DNA from: Methanocellaceae archaeon UBA148
Lineage (GTDB): Archaea > Halobacteriota > UBA148
Length of the DNA: 64,000 bases
Reading direction: 5' to 3'
Assembly: GCA_002495885.1 (NCBI GenBank)
Contig: DAHG01000025.1
Span: forward strand, 19,022-83,021
Position numbers and translations under genes: made by a program. Below the pieces are notes generated by a model. It was not told the DNA's origin. It made no database searches and saw nothing but the letters and a program-made list of their open reading frames with translations. Below are positions 20,874-30,764 of the stretch, piece by piece; the stretch's first letter is position 1, and each line of letters starts with the position of its first letter.

Positions 20874-23063
20874 ATGACCAGAAGAGAAAAGACCGTCGAA
20901 CGAGCGAAAAAGCTTATGGGCAGGCCAGAAAGAATAAGGGACATTGGCATTGTCGCTCATATTGATCATGGTAAGACTACCCTGACTGATAGCTTGTTAG
21001 CTGGAGCAGGCATCATCTCTCAAGAGCTGGCAGGAACGCAGCTTTTTATGGATTTTTATGAATTGGAACAAGAGCGGGGCATAACGATCAACGCAGCGAA
21101 CGTCTCAATGGTACACGATTTCAAGGGCGAAGAGTATCTCATCAACCTGATTGATACACCAGGTCACGTAGATTTTGGTGGTGATGTCACAAGAGCAATG
21201 AGGGCAGTGGATGGCGCAATAGTTGTCGTAGATGCAGTGGAAGGTATCATGCCGCAGACCGAAACTGTACTACGTCAGGCATTAAGGGAGAACGTAAAGC
21301 CTGTGCTGTTCATAAACAAGGTTGATCGTCTCATCAATGAGTTGAAAGTCGATAAAAATGAAATGCAACTCCGCCTGAGCAAAATAATCGATGATGTAAA
21401 TAAGCTCATCAAGAACATGAACAAAGAAAAATATGAGCGTGGTTGGAGAGTAGATACCTCTGAAGGAAGTGTTGCATTCGGTTCTGCTTTATACAAATGG
21501 GCGATTAGTGTGCACTCTATGAAAGAAAATGGCATTGGTTTTAAAGAGGTTTATGATCATTGTCACAGCGGGGATGTAAAACCGTTGGCAGAGAAGTGCC
21601 CTCTGCATCAAATACTTCTTGATATGGTAATCCCTCTCCTCCCCAATCCTTTAGAGGCACAAAAAGATCGAATAGCAGCTATCTGGCATGGTGATCGGGA
21701 AAGTGTCGTAGGCGAAGCGATGGAAAAATGTGACCCTAATGGCCCCATTGCATTGATGGTAACCGACATCATGGTGGACCCTCATGCTGGGGAGGTGGCA
21801 ACTGGGCGGCTCTTTAGTGGTACATTGCGAAGAGGGCAAGAATTGCGTGTTTCGGGTGTGCCCAACTCAAGTAGGGTACAGCAGGTTGGTATATTCATCG
21901 GTCCTGAAAGATTAGATGTGGAGGAGATCCCGGCTGGAAACATCGTTGCCATAACTGGCATTAAGGATGTGATAGTTGGCTCAACTGTTTCTTCCATAGA
22001 GATGATTCCTTTTGAGTCGATCAAATACGTTAGCGAGCCAGTGGTTACAGTTGCAGTTGAAGCCGAGCATACGAAAGATCTGCCCAAACTAATAGAAGTG
22101 CTAAGGCAACTTTCAAAAGAGGATCCCACGCTCAAGGTCGAAATAGATGAGGAGACAGGCGAGCATTTGATATCTGGTATGGGTGAATTGCATCTGGAGA
22201 TAGTTGCCTATAGAATTAAGCACGATCATAAAGTTCCTATTACGACCTCACCACCAATAGTCGTCTATCGAGAGAGCATACAAGGCAGAGCAGGACCTGT
22301 AGAGGGTAAATCTCCCAATAGGCACAACAGATTTTATATCTTGGTTGAGCCGTTGCCAAAGGAGGTCATCCAATTGATCAAATCCGACGCGGTGTCAATG
22401 AGGACGAAGGAACTTGAGCGAAGACAAATGTTAATGGAAGCTGGAATGGACAAAGAGGAAGCCAAGAATATCGCAGGAATTCATGGTTCAAATGTACTTC
22501 TCGATATGACCAAGGGAATCCAATATCTCAGAGAGACCATGGAACTGATCCTAGAGGGGTTTGAAGAGGTTATGCGAAACGGTCCTTTGGCCAAGGAGCC
22601 ATGCCAGGGTATAAAGGCTAAGTTGATGGATGTAAAGCTACATGAAGACGCAGTGCACAGAGGTCCAGCGCAGGTCATTCCTGCTGCAAGGCAGGCGATT
22701 CAAGCAGGCATATTGATGGCACGTCCGTCACTCCTTGAGCCAATTCTAGATGTATATATCCAGGTTCCAGCAGACTACATGGGTAGCGCATCCAGAGAGA
22801 TTCAAGGGCGCCGAGGGCAGATTTTAGAGGTCCGTTCTGAGGGAGATATGGTTATTGTTAGGGGTAAAGCACCTGTAGGAGAGCTTTTTGGGTTTGCAGG
22901 AAGTATCCGATCTGCCACTGAGGGACGGGCCCTGTGGAGTACAGAATATGCCGGATTTGAACCTCTCCCATCAAATCTTCAGGTGGATATTGTAAGGCAA
23001 ATAAGGCAAAGAAAAGGTTTAAAATTAGAGATGCCTAAACCAAGTGATTATGTTGACCAGTAA
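20874..23063 (+). CDS. fusA: Translation elongation factor 2 (aEF-2)
   Basis: G-domain motifs '[15 protein letters not shown]' and 'DTPGHVDF', length 729 aa. Confidence 0.95.
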   Translation: MTRREKTVERAKKLMGRPERIRDIGIVAHIDHGKTTLTDSLLAGAGIISQELAGTQLFMDFYELEQERGITINAANVSMVHDFKGEEYLINLIDTPGHVDFGGDVTRAMRAVDGAIVVVDAVEGIMPQTETVLRQALRENVKPVLFINKVDRLINELKVDKNEMQLRLSKIIDDVNKLIKNMNKEKYERGWRVDTSEGSVAFGSALYKWAISVHSMKENGIGFKEVYDHCHSGDVKPLAEKCPLHQILLDMVIPLLPNPLEAQKDRIAAIWHGDRESVVGEAMEKCDPNGPIALMVTDIMVDPHAGEVATGRLFSGTLRRGQELRVSGVPNSSRVQQVGIFIGPERLDVEEIPAGNIVAITGIKDVIVGSTVSSIEMIPFESIKYVSEPVVTVAVEAEHTKDLPKLIEVLRQLSKEDPTLKVEIDEETGEHLISGMGELHLEIVAYRIKHDHKVPITTSPPIVVYRESIQGRAGPVEGKSPNRHNRFYILVEPLPKEVIQLIKSDAVSMRTKELERRQMLMEAGMDKEEAKNIAGIHGSNVLLDMTKGIQYLRETMELILEGFEEVMRNGPLAKEPCQGIKAKLMDVKLHEDAVHRGPAQVIPAARQAIQAGILMARPSLLEPILDVYIQVPADYMGSASREIQGRRGQILEVRSEGDMVIVRGKAPVGELFGFAGSIRSATEGRALWSTEYAGFEPLPSNLQVDIVRQIRQRKGLKLEMPKPSDYVDQ

Positions 23064-23115
23064 GCAAAAAGATTTAAAGTCAAAAGCTCTAAAAGGGTGT
23101 TGAGGAGAATAAAGT

Positions 23116-24378
23116 ATGACGAAATCACATCTAAATTTGGCAGTGATCGGTCACGTTGATCATGGAAAGTCAACTATGGTAGGAAGACTCTTATCCGAAA
23201 CAGGGGCTATTCCAGCGCACATGATCGAGCAATACAAAAAAGAGGCAGAAGCAAAGGGAAAAGCCACGTTCGAGTACGCATGGGTCATGGATACTTTGAA
23301 AGAGGAGCAAGACCGTGGTTTGACTATCGACGTCGCTCATAAGAGATTTGATACCTCTAAGTATTATTTCACCGTAGTAGATTGCCCTGGTCATAGGGAC
23401 TTCGTAAAGAACATGATCACCGGAACCTCTCAGGCAGATGCCACTGTGTTAGTGGTTAGCGTAATTGAGGGAGTTCAGCCACAGACGAAAGAACATGTAT
23501 TTCTCGCGAGAACGCTGGGAATCAATCAAATGATCGTTGCTCTAAACAAGTTAGATGATGCAAACTACTCTGAAAAAAAATACAATGAGGTCAAATCAGA
23601 TGTCACCAATCTCTTGAAGTCGGTGGGGTTCAAGCCAGAGCAAGTCCAGTATGTTGGAGTATCAGCCTACAAGGGAGACAATATCACAAAGAAGAGTGAA
23701 AACACAAAATGGTATGCTGGACCAACGCTCTTAGAGGCGCTTGATAACCTAAAGGAACCAGAGAAGCCTATTACCTTACCCTTGAGAGTGCCTGTCCAGG
23801 ATGTGTACACTATCTCGGGTGTGGGTACTGTCCCAGTCGGTAGAGTTGAATCTGGTAAAATGAAGAAGGGCGATAAGATAATCTTCCAGCCATCTAACGT
23901 TTCCGGAGAGGTAAAATCGATTGAGATGCACCATGAAGAGATTCCAGAAGCGCTACCAGGTGATAATATTGGTTGGAATGTGCGTGGTATAAATAAAGGA
24001 GACATACGAAGAGGCGATGTTTGTGGGCATCCGGATAACCCCCCCACAGTAGCGGAGGAGTTTACTGTGCAAATCGTCGTTTTACAGCATCCGTCTGCGA
24101 TTACAGTTGGTTACACGCCGGTATTTCACTGCCACACAGCCCAAGTCGCGTGCACCATTACTGAGATCAAAAAGAAGCTTGATCCAAAGACGGGAGCAGT
24201 CCTAGAGACAAATCCAGACTTCATAAAGGCTGGTGATGCAGCGATACTCCAGATCAAGCCAACTCGGCCATTGGTTGTAGAAAATGTCAAGAAAATCCCT
24301 CAGCTAGGAAGATTTGCGATCAGGGATATGGGGCAGACCATAGCAGCAGGTATGGTCATAGATATTAAACCAAGATAA
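23116..24378 (+). CDS. tuf: Translation elongation factor 1-alpha (aEF-1alpha)
   Basis: '[15 protein letters not shown]', 'DCPGHRDF' and 'NKLD' motifs, length 420 aa. Confidence 0.95.
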   Translation: MTKSHLNLAVIGHVDHGKSTMVGRLLSETGAIPAHMIEQYKKEAEAKGKATFEYAWVMDTLKEEQDRGLTIDVAHKRFDTSKYYFTVVDCPGHRDFVKNMITGTSQADATVLVVSVIEGVQPQTKEHVFLARTLGINQMIVALNKLDDANYSEKKYNEVKSDVTNLLKSVGFKPEQVQYVGVSAYKGDNITKKSENTKWYAGPTLLEALDNLKEPEKPITLPLRVPVQDVYTISGVGTVPVGRVESGKMKKGDKIIFQPSNVSGEVKSIEMHHEEIPEALPGDNIGWNVRGINKGDIRRGDVCGHPDNPPTVAEEFTVQIVVLQHPSAITVGYTPVFHCHTAQVACTITEIKKKLDPKTGAVLETNPDFIKAGDAAILQIKPTRPLVVENVKKIPQLGRFAIRDMGQTIAAGMVIDIKPR

Positions 24379-24380
24379 AC

Positions 24381-24692
24381 ATGGATCAGAAGGCAAGGAT
24401 TAGGTTATCAGGGATCAATCCAGCTGAACTGGATGCTATCTGTGATAAAATCAAGCAGATCGCTGAGAAAACGGGCGTGAGCAGGTCAGGTCCAGTCCCA
24501 CTGCCCACTAAAAGGCTCATAGTGCCGTGCCGTAAGTCTCCAGATGGTGAAGGGACGGCAACATGGGATCGCTGGGAAATGAGGGTACATAAGAGACTAA
24601 TGGACATAGATGCAGATGAACGTGCCTTAAGGCAACTGATGAGGATACAAGTCCCCCAAGACGTCAGCATCGAGATTGTTCTGGAGAATTAG
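24381..24692 (+). CDS. rps10: 30S ribosomal protein S10 (uS10)
   Basis: 103 aa of the S10 family, immediately after tuf as in archaeal str-like clusters. Confidence 0.9.
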   Translation: MDQKARIRLSGINPAELDAICDKIKQIAEKTGVSRSGPVPLPTKRLIVPCRKSPDGEGTATWDRWEMRVHKRLMDIDADERALRQLMRIQVPQDVSIEIVLEN

Positions 24693-24696
24693 TACC

Positions 24697-25797
24697 ATGG
24701 CTGAAAAAGTTACCCTATCTGTAATAAAGGCAGATGTAGGAAGTTATCCCGGGCATACAAAGGTCCATCCTGCATTGCAGTCCCAAGCAGAGGAGAATCT
24801 GAAAAAAGCGAAGGAAGAAGGTTTAATTCTGGATGAGTTTGTCACACACTGTGGCGACGACCTTGAACTCATAATGACCCATCGAAGGGGCGCAGACGAT
24901 TCTAAAATCCATGAATTGGCATGGAATACTTTCCAAGATTGTGCCTCCTTAGCACGGAAAATGAAGCTCTACGGAGCTGGGCAGGATATTCTCTCCGATG
25001 CCTTCTCAGGCAATGTGAAAGGGCTTGGCCCTGGTGTTGCAGAGATGGAATTTATTGAAAGAGAATCGGACCCGGTTATCATCTTCATGGCTGACAAGAC
25101 TGAGCCTGGTGCCTGGAATCCTCCTTTATATAAAATATTTGCCGATCCATACAATACTGCGGGTCTGGTCATCGATCCCGGTTTACATGATGGATTTGTC
25201 TTTGAGGTTCATGATGTCATTAAGGTGAGGAAGATCGAGTTCGATACTCCGGAGGACATCTATGATATGCTTGCATTTATCGGCCAGCCTGGTAGATATG
25301 TGATCAAGTCGGTATGTAGAAAAGACGGGCTGATCGCAGCTACCGCCTCTACACAGAGGCTCAGTCTCATTGCTGGCAAGTATGTGGGAAAAGATGATCC
25401 TGTTTGCATAGTAAGAGCACAGCATGGTTTACCAGCGGTGGGAGAGGTTCTAGAGCCTTTTGCCTCTCCACATATAGTTGCAGGGTGGATGCGTGGTAGC
25501 CATCGCGGTCCTTTGATGCCGGTATCTGTGCAGCAAGCACATCCAACGAGGTTTGATGGGCCTCCCAGGGTTATAGCTTTAGGATTTCAGATTGCAGAAG
25601 GCAAGTTAATAGGTCCTGTGGACATGTTTGATGATCTAGGATTTGATCTTGCGAGGAAAAAAGCGCTCGATATAGCGGATATCATGAGGCTACAAGGTCC
25701 ATTTGAACCCCATCGTTTATCTGCAGAGGAAATGGAGTACACTACACTTCCAAAGGTTGAAGAAAAGCTAGAGAAACGGTGGAAAAAGTCAATCTAG
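24697..25797 (+). CDS. fbp: Fructose-1,6-bisphosphate aldolase/phosphatase (class V FBPase)
   Basis: 'EKVTLSVIKADVGSYPGHTKVHP' N-terminus, about 367 aa. ATG at 24697 sits 4 nt after the rps10 stop; the ORF track starts earlier at an alternative codon. Confidence 0.85.
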   Translation: MAEKVTLSVIKADVGSYPGHTKVHPALQSQAEENLKKAKEEGLILDEFVTHCGDDLELIMTHRRGADDSKIHELAWNTFQDCASLARKMKLYGAGQDILSDAFSGNVKGLGPGVAEMEFIERESDPVIIFMADKTEPGAWNPPLYKIFADPYNTAGLVIDPGLHDGFVFEVHDVIKVRKIEFDTPEDIYDMLAFIGQPGRYVIKSVCRKDGLIAATASTQRLSLIAGKYVGKDDPVCIVRAQHGLPAVGEVLEPFASPHIVAGWMRGSHRGPLMPVSVQQAHPTRFDGPPRVIALGFQIAEGKLIGPVDMFDDLGFDLARKKALDIADIMRLQGPFEPHRLSAEEMEYTTLPKVEEKLEKRWKKSI

Positions 25798-26229
25798 TAC
25801 TTGAATCCGCGATCAAAGCGGACGGATAACCCAAGTGGTTACAGTCGATTGTTGACCATATCCTGTGTTTGAGTAATCCGGTCAGTGAGTAATCTGATCA
25901 GTCTAATATATATTCTTTCTTTAGCTTTGGACCACCATTTGGGTTGAGACTAGGGCGGGCTATTTATCTCTGTGTAGTCTATATGTTGTTGATGATACGT
26001 CCTTGATTTATGTGTTTCATTTTGATATGTTTGAGATGGGTTTAACGACGGAGTAAAATTTGAAAGAAAAATTTAAACTGGGTATGAGCTTTTAGTGTTA
26101 GCAAATTAATGGAAGATATATATGCACATTAATATGCACATTAAAAATAGATTTTTTGGTACCATGAGTTGACTTGAAAAAAAGACATAATAGGGGCGGA
26201 TTAAAAATATGATAGATTTGTATAAAAAA

Positions 26230-26303
26230 GGGCTCGTAGTATAGTCTGGACAGCACGGGGGCCTCCGGAGCCTCCAGCCCGGGTTCAAATCCCGGCGGGC
26301 CCA
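26230..26303 (+). tRNA. tRNA-Arg (anticodon CCG)
   Basis: Hand-folded cloverleaf: acceptor GGGCTCG/CGGGCCC, anticodon stem GGGGC/GCCTC with loop CTCCGGA, T-arm CCGGG-TTCAAAT-CCCGG, discriminator A. Confidence 0.85.
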
Positions 26304-26421
26304 ATGGCAATCTTAATAGGTGCTTGTGGCATGATAAGATAGGTAGATAGATATGTAGTGCCCTTGGGGCACAAGAAACTTTATCATCGCAGCTCTCAAT
26401 TTTTGAGGAGATGTCTCTGAT

Positions 26422-26506
26422 GCCGAGGTAGCCAAGTGGTCTAAGGCGTCGGTCTTGAGAACCGATGTTCCATCGGAACGCAGGGGTTCAAATCCCTTCC
26501 TCGGCG
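26422..26506 (+). tRNA. tRNA-Ser (anticodon TGA)
   Basis: Acceptor GCCGAGG/CCTCGGC, anticodon stem TCGGT/ACCGA with loop CTTGAGA, long variable arm, discriminator G. Confidence 0.85.
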
Positions 26507-26523
26507 TATAACTAAAGGTTTAA

Positions 26524-27759
26524 GTGCCTATGCACCTATCAGAACGTGTGAAAAACGATATTGACATCCACAACTACGAAAAAAGGCTAGAAGGAGCACT
26601 AAGAGTAGTTGAACGATCTGATATTCTTCCTGAGAACAGGGAGAAAATACTCAAGTTTCATAAGTACTGCTTTGCTGAAGGGTTGAGCATACCAAGGGTT
26701 GTCAGGTTGCTCCAATACTTGCACAAAATCGCTTTGTGGCTAGGGAAAGATTTTGAAAAAGCGACTAAAGATGACATTGTCGATCTGATCCAAAAAATTG
26801 AGAGAGAAAAGCTCTCTGATTGGACCAAGCAGGGCTATAGGGTCACACTTAAGAAATTTTACAGGTGGCTCCAAAACTCTGAAAGGGACCCTGAAGAAGT
26901 CGAATGGATAAAAACGTCGCTAAAGAAGACCAACAACGTCCTGCCAGATGAGTTACTCACTGAAGATGAAATAAAAAAATTGATCGAGGCATGTGAGCAT
27001 CCTAGAGATAGGGCGTTGGTTTCGACACTCTACGAAAGCGGTTGTAGAATTGGAGAGATCTGCTCCTTACACATAAAAAACGTCAGTTTTGATGAATATG
27101 GTGTTGTGATAATCGTAAAAGGGAAGACAGGCGGTCGCAGAGTAAGGCTGATAGCGTCCACTCCCTATCTGGCCTCTTGGTTTGATGTGCACCCACTAAA
27201 GGATGATCCGGATGCCCCTCTTTGGGTCGGCATAGGTCCAACGAACAAGAACAAACACCTAGGTTATCCAAGCATAAGAAAGACGCTCAAGGTACTTGCA
27301 GCAAAAGCGAAAATCAAGAAAATGGTAAACCCGCATGCATTTCGACATAGTAGAGCGACCTATTTGGCGAACCATCTAACAGAGGCACAGATGAACCAGC
27401 TACTGGGGTGGACCCAGGGCTCAAAAATGACAGGCATATATGCACATATGTCTGGTAGGGATACGGATAAAGCGGTTCGCAGGATCTACGGACTTGAGGA
27501 GGAAGAGGAAAAAGAGGAAAGTCCCCTAAAACCAAAGAAATGCTCAAGATGCATGGCAATGAACGCTGGCACCTCTAAGTTCTGTAACAGGTGCAGCGCC
27601 GTCCTGGATATCAAGGCTGCCCTGGAATTGGAAGAGGAGAGGGAAACCAAGGACGACCTGATGTCCATACTGATGAAAGATAAGGCTGTTCAGGCAATCA
27701 TGGCTGAGAAGATCATTGAACTTGGATTACTTGATGAGCTGGAGAAGAGGAGAGCATAG
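26524..27759 (+). CDS. Tyrosine-type site-specific recombinase/integrase with a C-terminal zinc-ribbon tail
   Basis: Catalytic-domain motifs 'ALVSTLYESGCRIGEICSL', 'HAFRHSRATYLAN' and 'GIYAHM' (R...HxxR...Y). CxxC...CxxC at the C-terminus. The start lies 18 nt after tRNA-Ser. Confidence 0.85.
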   Translation: MPMHLSERVKNDIDIHNYEKRLEGALRVVERSDILPENREKILKFHKYCFAEGLSIPRVVRLLQYLHKIALWLGKDFEKATKDDIVDLIQKIEREKLSDWTKQGYRVTLKKFYRWLQNSERDPEEVEWIKTSLKKTNNVLPDELLTEDEIKKLIEACEHPRDRALVSTLYESGCRIGEICSLHIKNVSFDEYGVVIIVKGKTGGRRVRLIASTPYLASWFDVHPLKDDPDAPLWVGIGPTNKNKHLGYPSIRKTLKVLAAKAKIKKMVNPHAFRHSRATYLANHLTEAQMNQLLGWTQGSKMTGIYAHMSGRDTDKAVRRIYGLEEEEEKEESPLKPKKCSRCMAMNAGTSKFCNRCSAVLDIKAALELEEERETKDDLMSILMKDKAVQAIMAEKIIELGLLDELEKRRA

Positions 27760-27786
27760 GGTAGTTAGCATGCCTAAGAGCGGTAT

Positions 27787-28779
27787 CTAGTCTCCATACA
27801 ACACCCTATATTTCTCTGGATCCAAGCGCATCCTCATAAATTCCTTTGAAATCAATGCAATTCGTTTTAATGTTGGACGAACAGTTGCTATTATTACATC
27901 CGTTTCATTAACAATCTTTCTTGCTCTACTTGGGGCATTTTTACCCTTATATTTAATAGCTGATATGATCCTAAGGTCATCTCTATCAATTCCAGAAACA
28001 TCAATGTAGTTGAATTCATCAGAAGTTTTCCTCATATCTTTTTGTTTTGTTTTTATAATATAATCTCCCAGCTTCACCACACCCCACTCTTCCGGCACCA
28101 TTCCGATCTCCGTCTCTCTCAGCGGCACATTCTCCGCTTCTTCGACTGAAATAGGCCCATAGGTGAACAGGTGCTTCATCAGGGATTTTTTGAGTTCTCT
28201 GGTGGCTTGGATGACGGTCTCAGTTCTCTTCTTGGCCTCCTGGACGGTAGACAACACGGCAGCTATGCGCTTCTGTTCGGGGAGAGGAGGGAGAGGGATT
28301 TCAAAGTTTGCAACTATTCCCTTATTAACATTTTTTTGTGTGCTTTGTACATTTTTAGCTATTAATCTGTTACTGTTAAATTTTAATAAGTAAGCTCCAA
28401 ACTTAACATCAAAAATATCTTCTTTGGGGACTATAACTAAAATAGCTTGGTTCGTAGCTAAAGGTATTTTATTAATCGCAGTTTCACCAATAGTAGCGTA
28501 CATACTGAGTAATAAAGAATTATTAGGAACTATCCAAGCGCTAGAATTTTCAATTCCTTTAGTGGTTACAAATTCTTTTGTTTTATCCAAATATAATCCA
28601 CAAGAAGTCATATCCTCTATTAAAACAAATGGAACCGTTCCATTATGCCAGTATTCTTTATTACTTCGTCTTGGAGTACCTCCTGCTTTCATCTTTTTTG
28701 AAACTTTTGAAACTTTAACAACACCCCACTCCTCTGGCGGGGAGTTTAACCCTTCTGGCTGGCTATCAGAACTCATCAA
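27787..28779 (-). CDS. Type I restriction-modification specificity subunit (HsdS)-like protein, C-terminally truncated and solitary
   Basis: A TRD with 'GGTPRRSNKEYWHNGTVPFV', the central conserved 'IPLPPLPEQKRIAAVLSTVQEA...' region, and only a partial second TRD. No hsdM or hsdR in the window. Confidence 0.7.
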   Translation of the reverse strand: MMSSDSQPEGLNSPPEEWGVVKVSKVSKKMKAGGTPRRSNKEYWHNGTVPFVLIEDMTSCGLYLDKTKEFVTTKGIENSSAWIVPNNSLLLSMYATIGETAINKIPLATNQAILVIVPKEDIFDVKFGAYLLKFNSNRLIAKNVQSTQKNVNKGIVANFEIPLPPLPEQKRIAAVLSTVQEAKKRTETVIQATRELKKSLMKHLFTYGPISVEEAENVPLRETEIGMVPEEWGVVKLGDYIIKTKQKDMRKTSDEFNYIDVSGIDRDDLRIISAIKYKGKNAPSRARKIVNETDVIIATVRPTLKRIALISKEFMRMRLDPEKYRVLYGD

Positions 28780-29146
28780 GCATCTCCCCCATTGAGAGAC
28801 ATCTTATTTTATGGATTTCACTCACCTGATGCTGTTCGACAGGATTGAAATTTTCACCTACTTCCCTGCCTCTTAACAGAACTTTGGCAAAATTTTCATC
28901 TAATTTCATCAACCTGCACATAAAGGGCTCGCCAACCTTGGGAAACAGCTTAACCAAAAAGAATCCACTATCATAAATACTGAACTCTAAAGCAATCTCC
29001 GTCAAAGCGAAGAACAGGTATATTGTTAGAAGCAAACCAAACGCCACCGATATCTTATCATAGGTAAAATTCACATAAAAGAAGAGCAATATCAACAGCG
29101 AGTTAAGCCAAGTTTCGGATTGTAGGATCTGGTTTTGGATATTCAT
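28766..29146 (-). CDS. Hypothetical small membrane protein, overlapping the hsdS-like start
   Basis: Two N-terminal TM helices plus a soluble C-terminal domain. Overlaps the next gene by 14 nt. Confidence 0.35.
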   Translation of the reverse strand: MNIQNQILQSETWLNSLLILLFFYVNFTYDKISVAFGLLLTIYLFFALTEIALEFSIYDSGFFLVKLFPKVGEPFMCRLMKLDENFAKVLLRGREVGENFNPVEQHQVSEIHKIRCLSMGEMLDEF

Positions 29147-29237
29147 TCCAGCTTCTTTCCACAGCCTTGATGGATACTTCTCCCGCCATTTTTTTTAGTT
29201 CTTGGAAACTATCTGTCTTCTCGTTTTCATTATTGGA

Positions 29238-29912
29238 TTAGCTCTCTGAGTTCTCAGAAGGCTCTTTTTTATCGTTGCTGCTCGTGTCTCCACCTAATAG
29301 TATTTCATACCAGATTTTTTGTACCAATCTTAGAAGATATGAGAACACAGGGTACTGAAACACATTCATTTCAGTCGTTCCAAAGTAGAAATCCTTGTAA
29401 TCGTATGAGATATGATTTACCTTTCCCTTAACAATAGCAGATCGTAACACCATGCTTGCATGATATATGCTCAGGAAGATGAAACACCACTTGATCCAAC
29501 TACTCTCTATCTCCGAAAGATAGTTCCAGACTATAGATTGGGGTATCTTGAAAAAACAAGAAAAAAAGACGGCTAAAATTACAAGCAATACACACTTCCT
29601 CAGTCTTCTACTTTTGACACCTTCTAGCTTCCTAAGCCCATAAAAAATAACCGAAACAAAAAACAACAACGACAGCCAGTAAACAACTTTCAGTGGTGTG
29701 ATGGGAATCCATCTTGATGCAATGTACACGATAATTGCCTGTATCCCAACATATGCGGCAAGAAATACAAAGCCAGAAAAATACAGATTTAATTTTTCCG
29801 TCCTCCTTACGGGTTTGTACGCATTTGAGTGGTAACCAAAATAGAGGATTAAAACTGCAATTAAAGGCAATGCTATTTCCGGTCTCTTCAGTAAATAATC
29901 AAAAGCACTCAT
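29238..29912 (-). CDS. Hypothetical polytopic membrane protein
   Basis: 224 aa with about 6 hydrophobic segments and an acidic C-terminal tail. Upstream in the same orientation. Confidence 0.4.
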   Translation of the reverse strand: MSAFDYLLKRPEIALPLIAVLILYFGYHSNAYKPVRRTEKLNLYFSGFVFLAAYVGIQAIIVYIASRWIPITPLKVVYWLSLLFFVSVIFYGLRKLEGVKSRRLRKCVLLVILAVFFSCFFKIPQSIVWNYLSEIESSWIKWCFIFLSIYHASMVLRSAIVKGKVNHISYDYKDFYFGTTEMNVFQYPVFSYLLRLVQKIWYEILLGGDTSSNDKKEPSENSES

Positions 29913-30111
29913 CGCAAATGCAGAAAAGCTGTCATATGTGCTTATCGTGGCGAATACCCCCCTGTAACATTCTTTCCTTCACTCCCTCATACTTCACCAC
30001 GCCTGAAATCGACCTTCCAAACTCCGAGAGCCGTCCCTCTGGCAGTGGGCCGAGTTCGGTCATCTTGAAGCTTTTCTTCGTATTTGATCTCAAACTTTGA
30101 GCCATAGCAAG

Positions 30112-30678
30112 CTATTCCCAATTCATTTGTATGTAACGAACAGTTTCTTTAGAATCAAGCTGGTGGGTAGTATTTCCTACTCGAACATGGAACTCTTTCC
30201 CCCTATCTCCTTTCAAAAAAGCAGGTTCCGGTGCTTTGTCAGCTTCAATCACCCAATAGCTTTTATCTGTTATATGCCAGAGATTGTCAGGGCCTTCGCC
30301 ATATACTTTCTCAGGCCTCTGGGCCTCTAAACCTAAAATAAAGCCCAGTTCATCAATCCCTTCCTCAAATAGATGTGAGGGCAAGTTAAAAGCTATTTTG
30401 TCTAAGACGTTAATAATGTAGATATAAACTGAATTTGGACTATCTTTGCTTCTAATCAAGTCTAAAATTCGAGATGCGCGACTAGTAGCAGCTTCTAATT
30501 TAGAATAAGATATACCTGTCTCGGGGCGAAAAAGTCTCGCGTTTTCGGTATGGGCTTTCAATTGACTATTCATCGAACTAGTAGGATTGTCAGGATAGGA
30601 ATATGTTGCCATCAATTGTAGAAACCATCCTTTATCTGTAGGCTCTGACAGTGCCATTAAATTCTGGAAGGGTATCAA
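30112..30678 (-). CDS. Hypothetical protein downstream of the helicase
   Basis: 188 aa with no recognised motif. Same strand as the helicase, 87 nt after it. Confidence 0.4.
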   Translation of the reverse strand: MIPFQNLMALSEPTDKGWFLQLMATYSYPDNPTSSMNSQLKAHTENARLFRPETGISYSKLEAATSRASRILDLIRSKDSPNSVYIYIINVLDKIAFNLPSHLFEEGIDELGFILGLEAQRPEKVYGEGPDNLWHITDKSYWVIEADKAPEPAFLKGDRGKEFHVRVGNTTHQLDSKETVRYIQMNWE

Positions 30679-30764
30679 CTGATTTTTTAAAATGGCCCTG
30701 TTGATACAGTGTCTCAGCTTTGCGTTCTAATACTGCGCATTCTAGGTATTGCTTACTTGGCTTC

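Noticed and set aside
24676-24696. Upstream extension of the fbp ORF (MFWRIST...) overlapping the rps10 3' end
   Set aside because: The conserved FBPase N-terminus begins at MAEKVTLSVIKAD, with its ATG at 24697. The extension uses an alternative start inside rps10.
26098-26310. Two minus-strand ORFs of 60-70 aa overlapping tRNA-Arg
   Set aside because: They cover a tRNA gene and AT-rich spacer. They show no coding features.
26359-26373. Small perfect hairpin GTGCCC-TTG-GGGCAC between the two tRNAs
   Set aside because: It is too short (6 bp) to interpret. It may just be part of tRNA precursor processing context.
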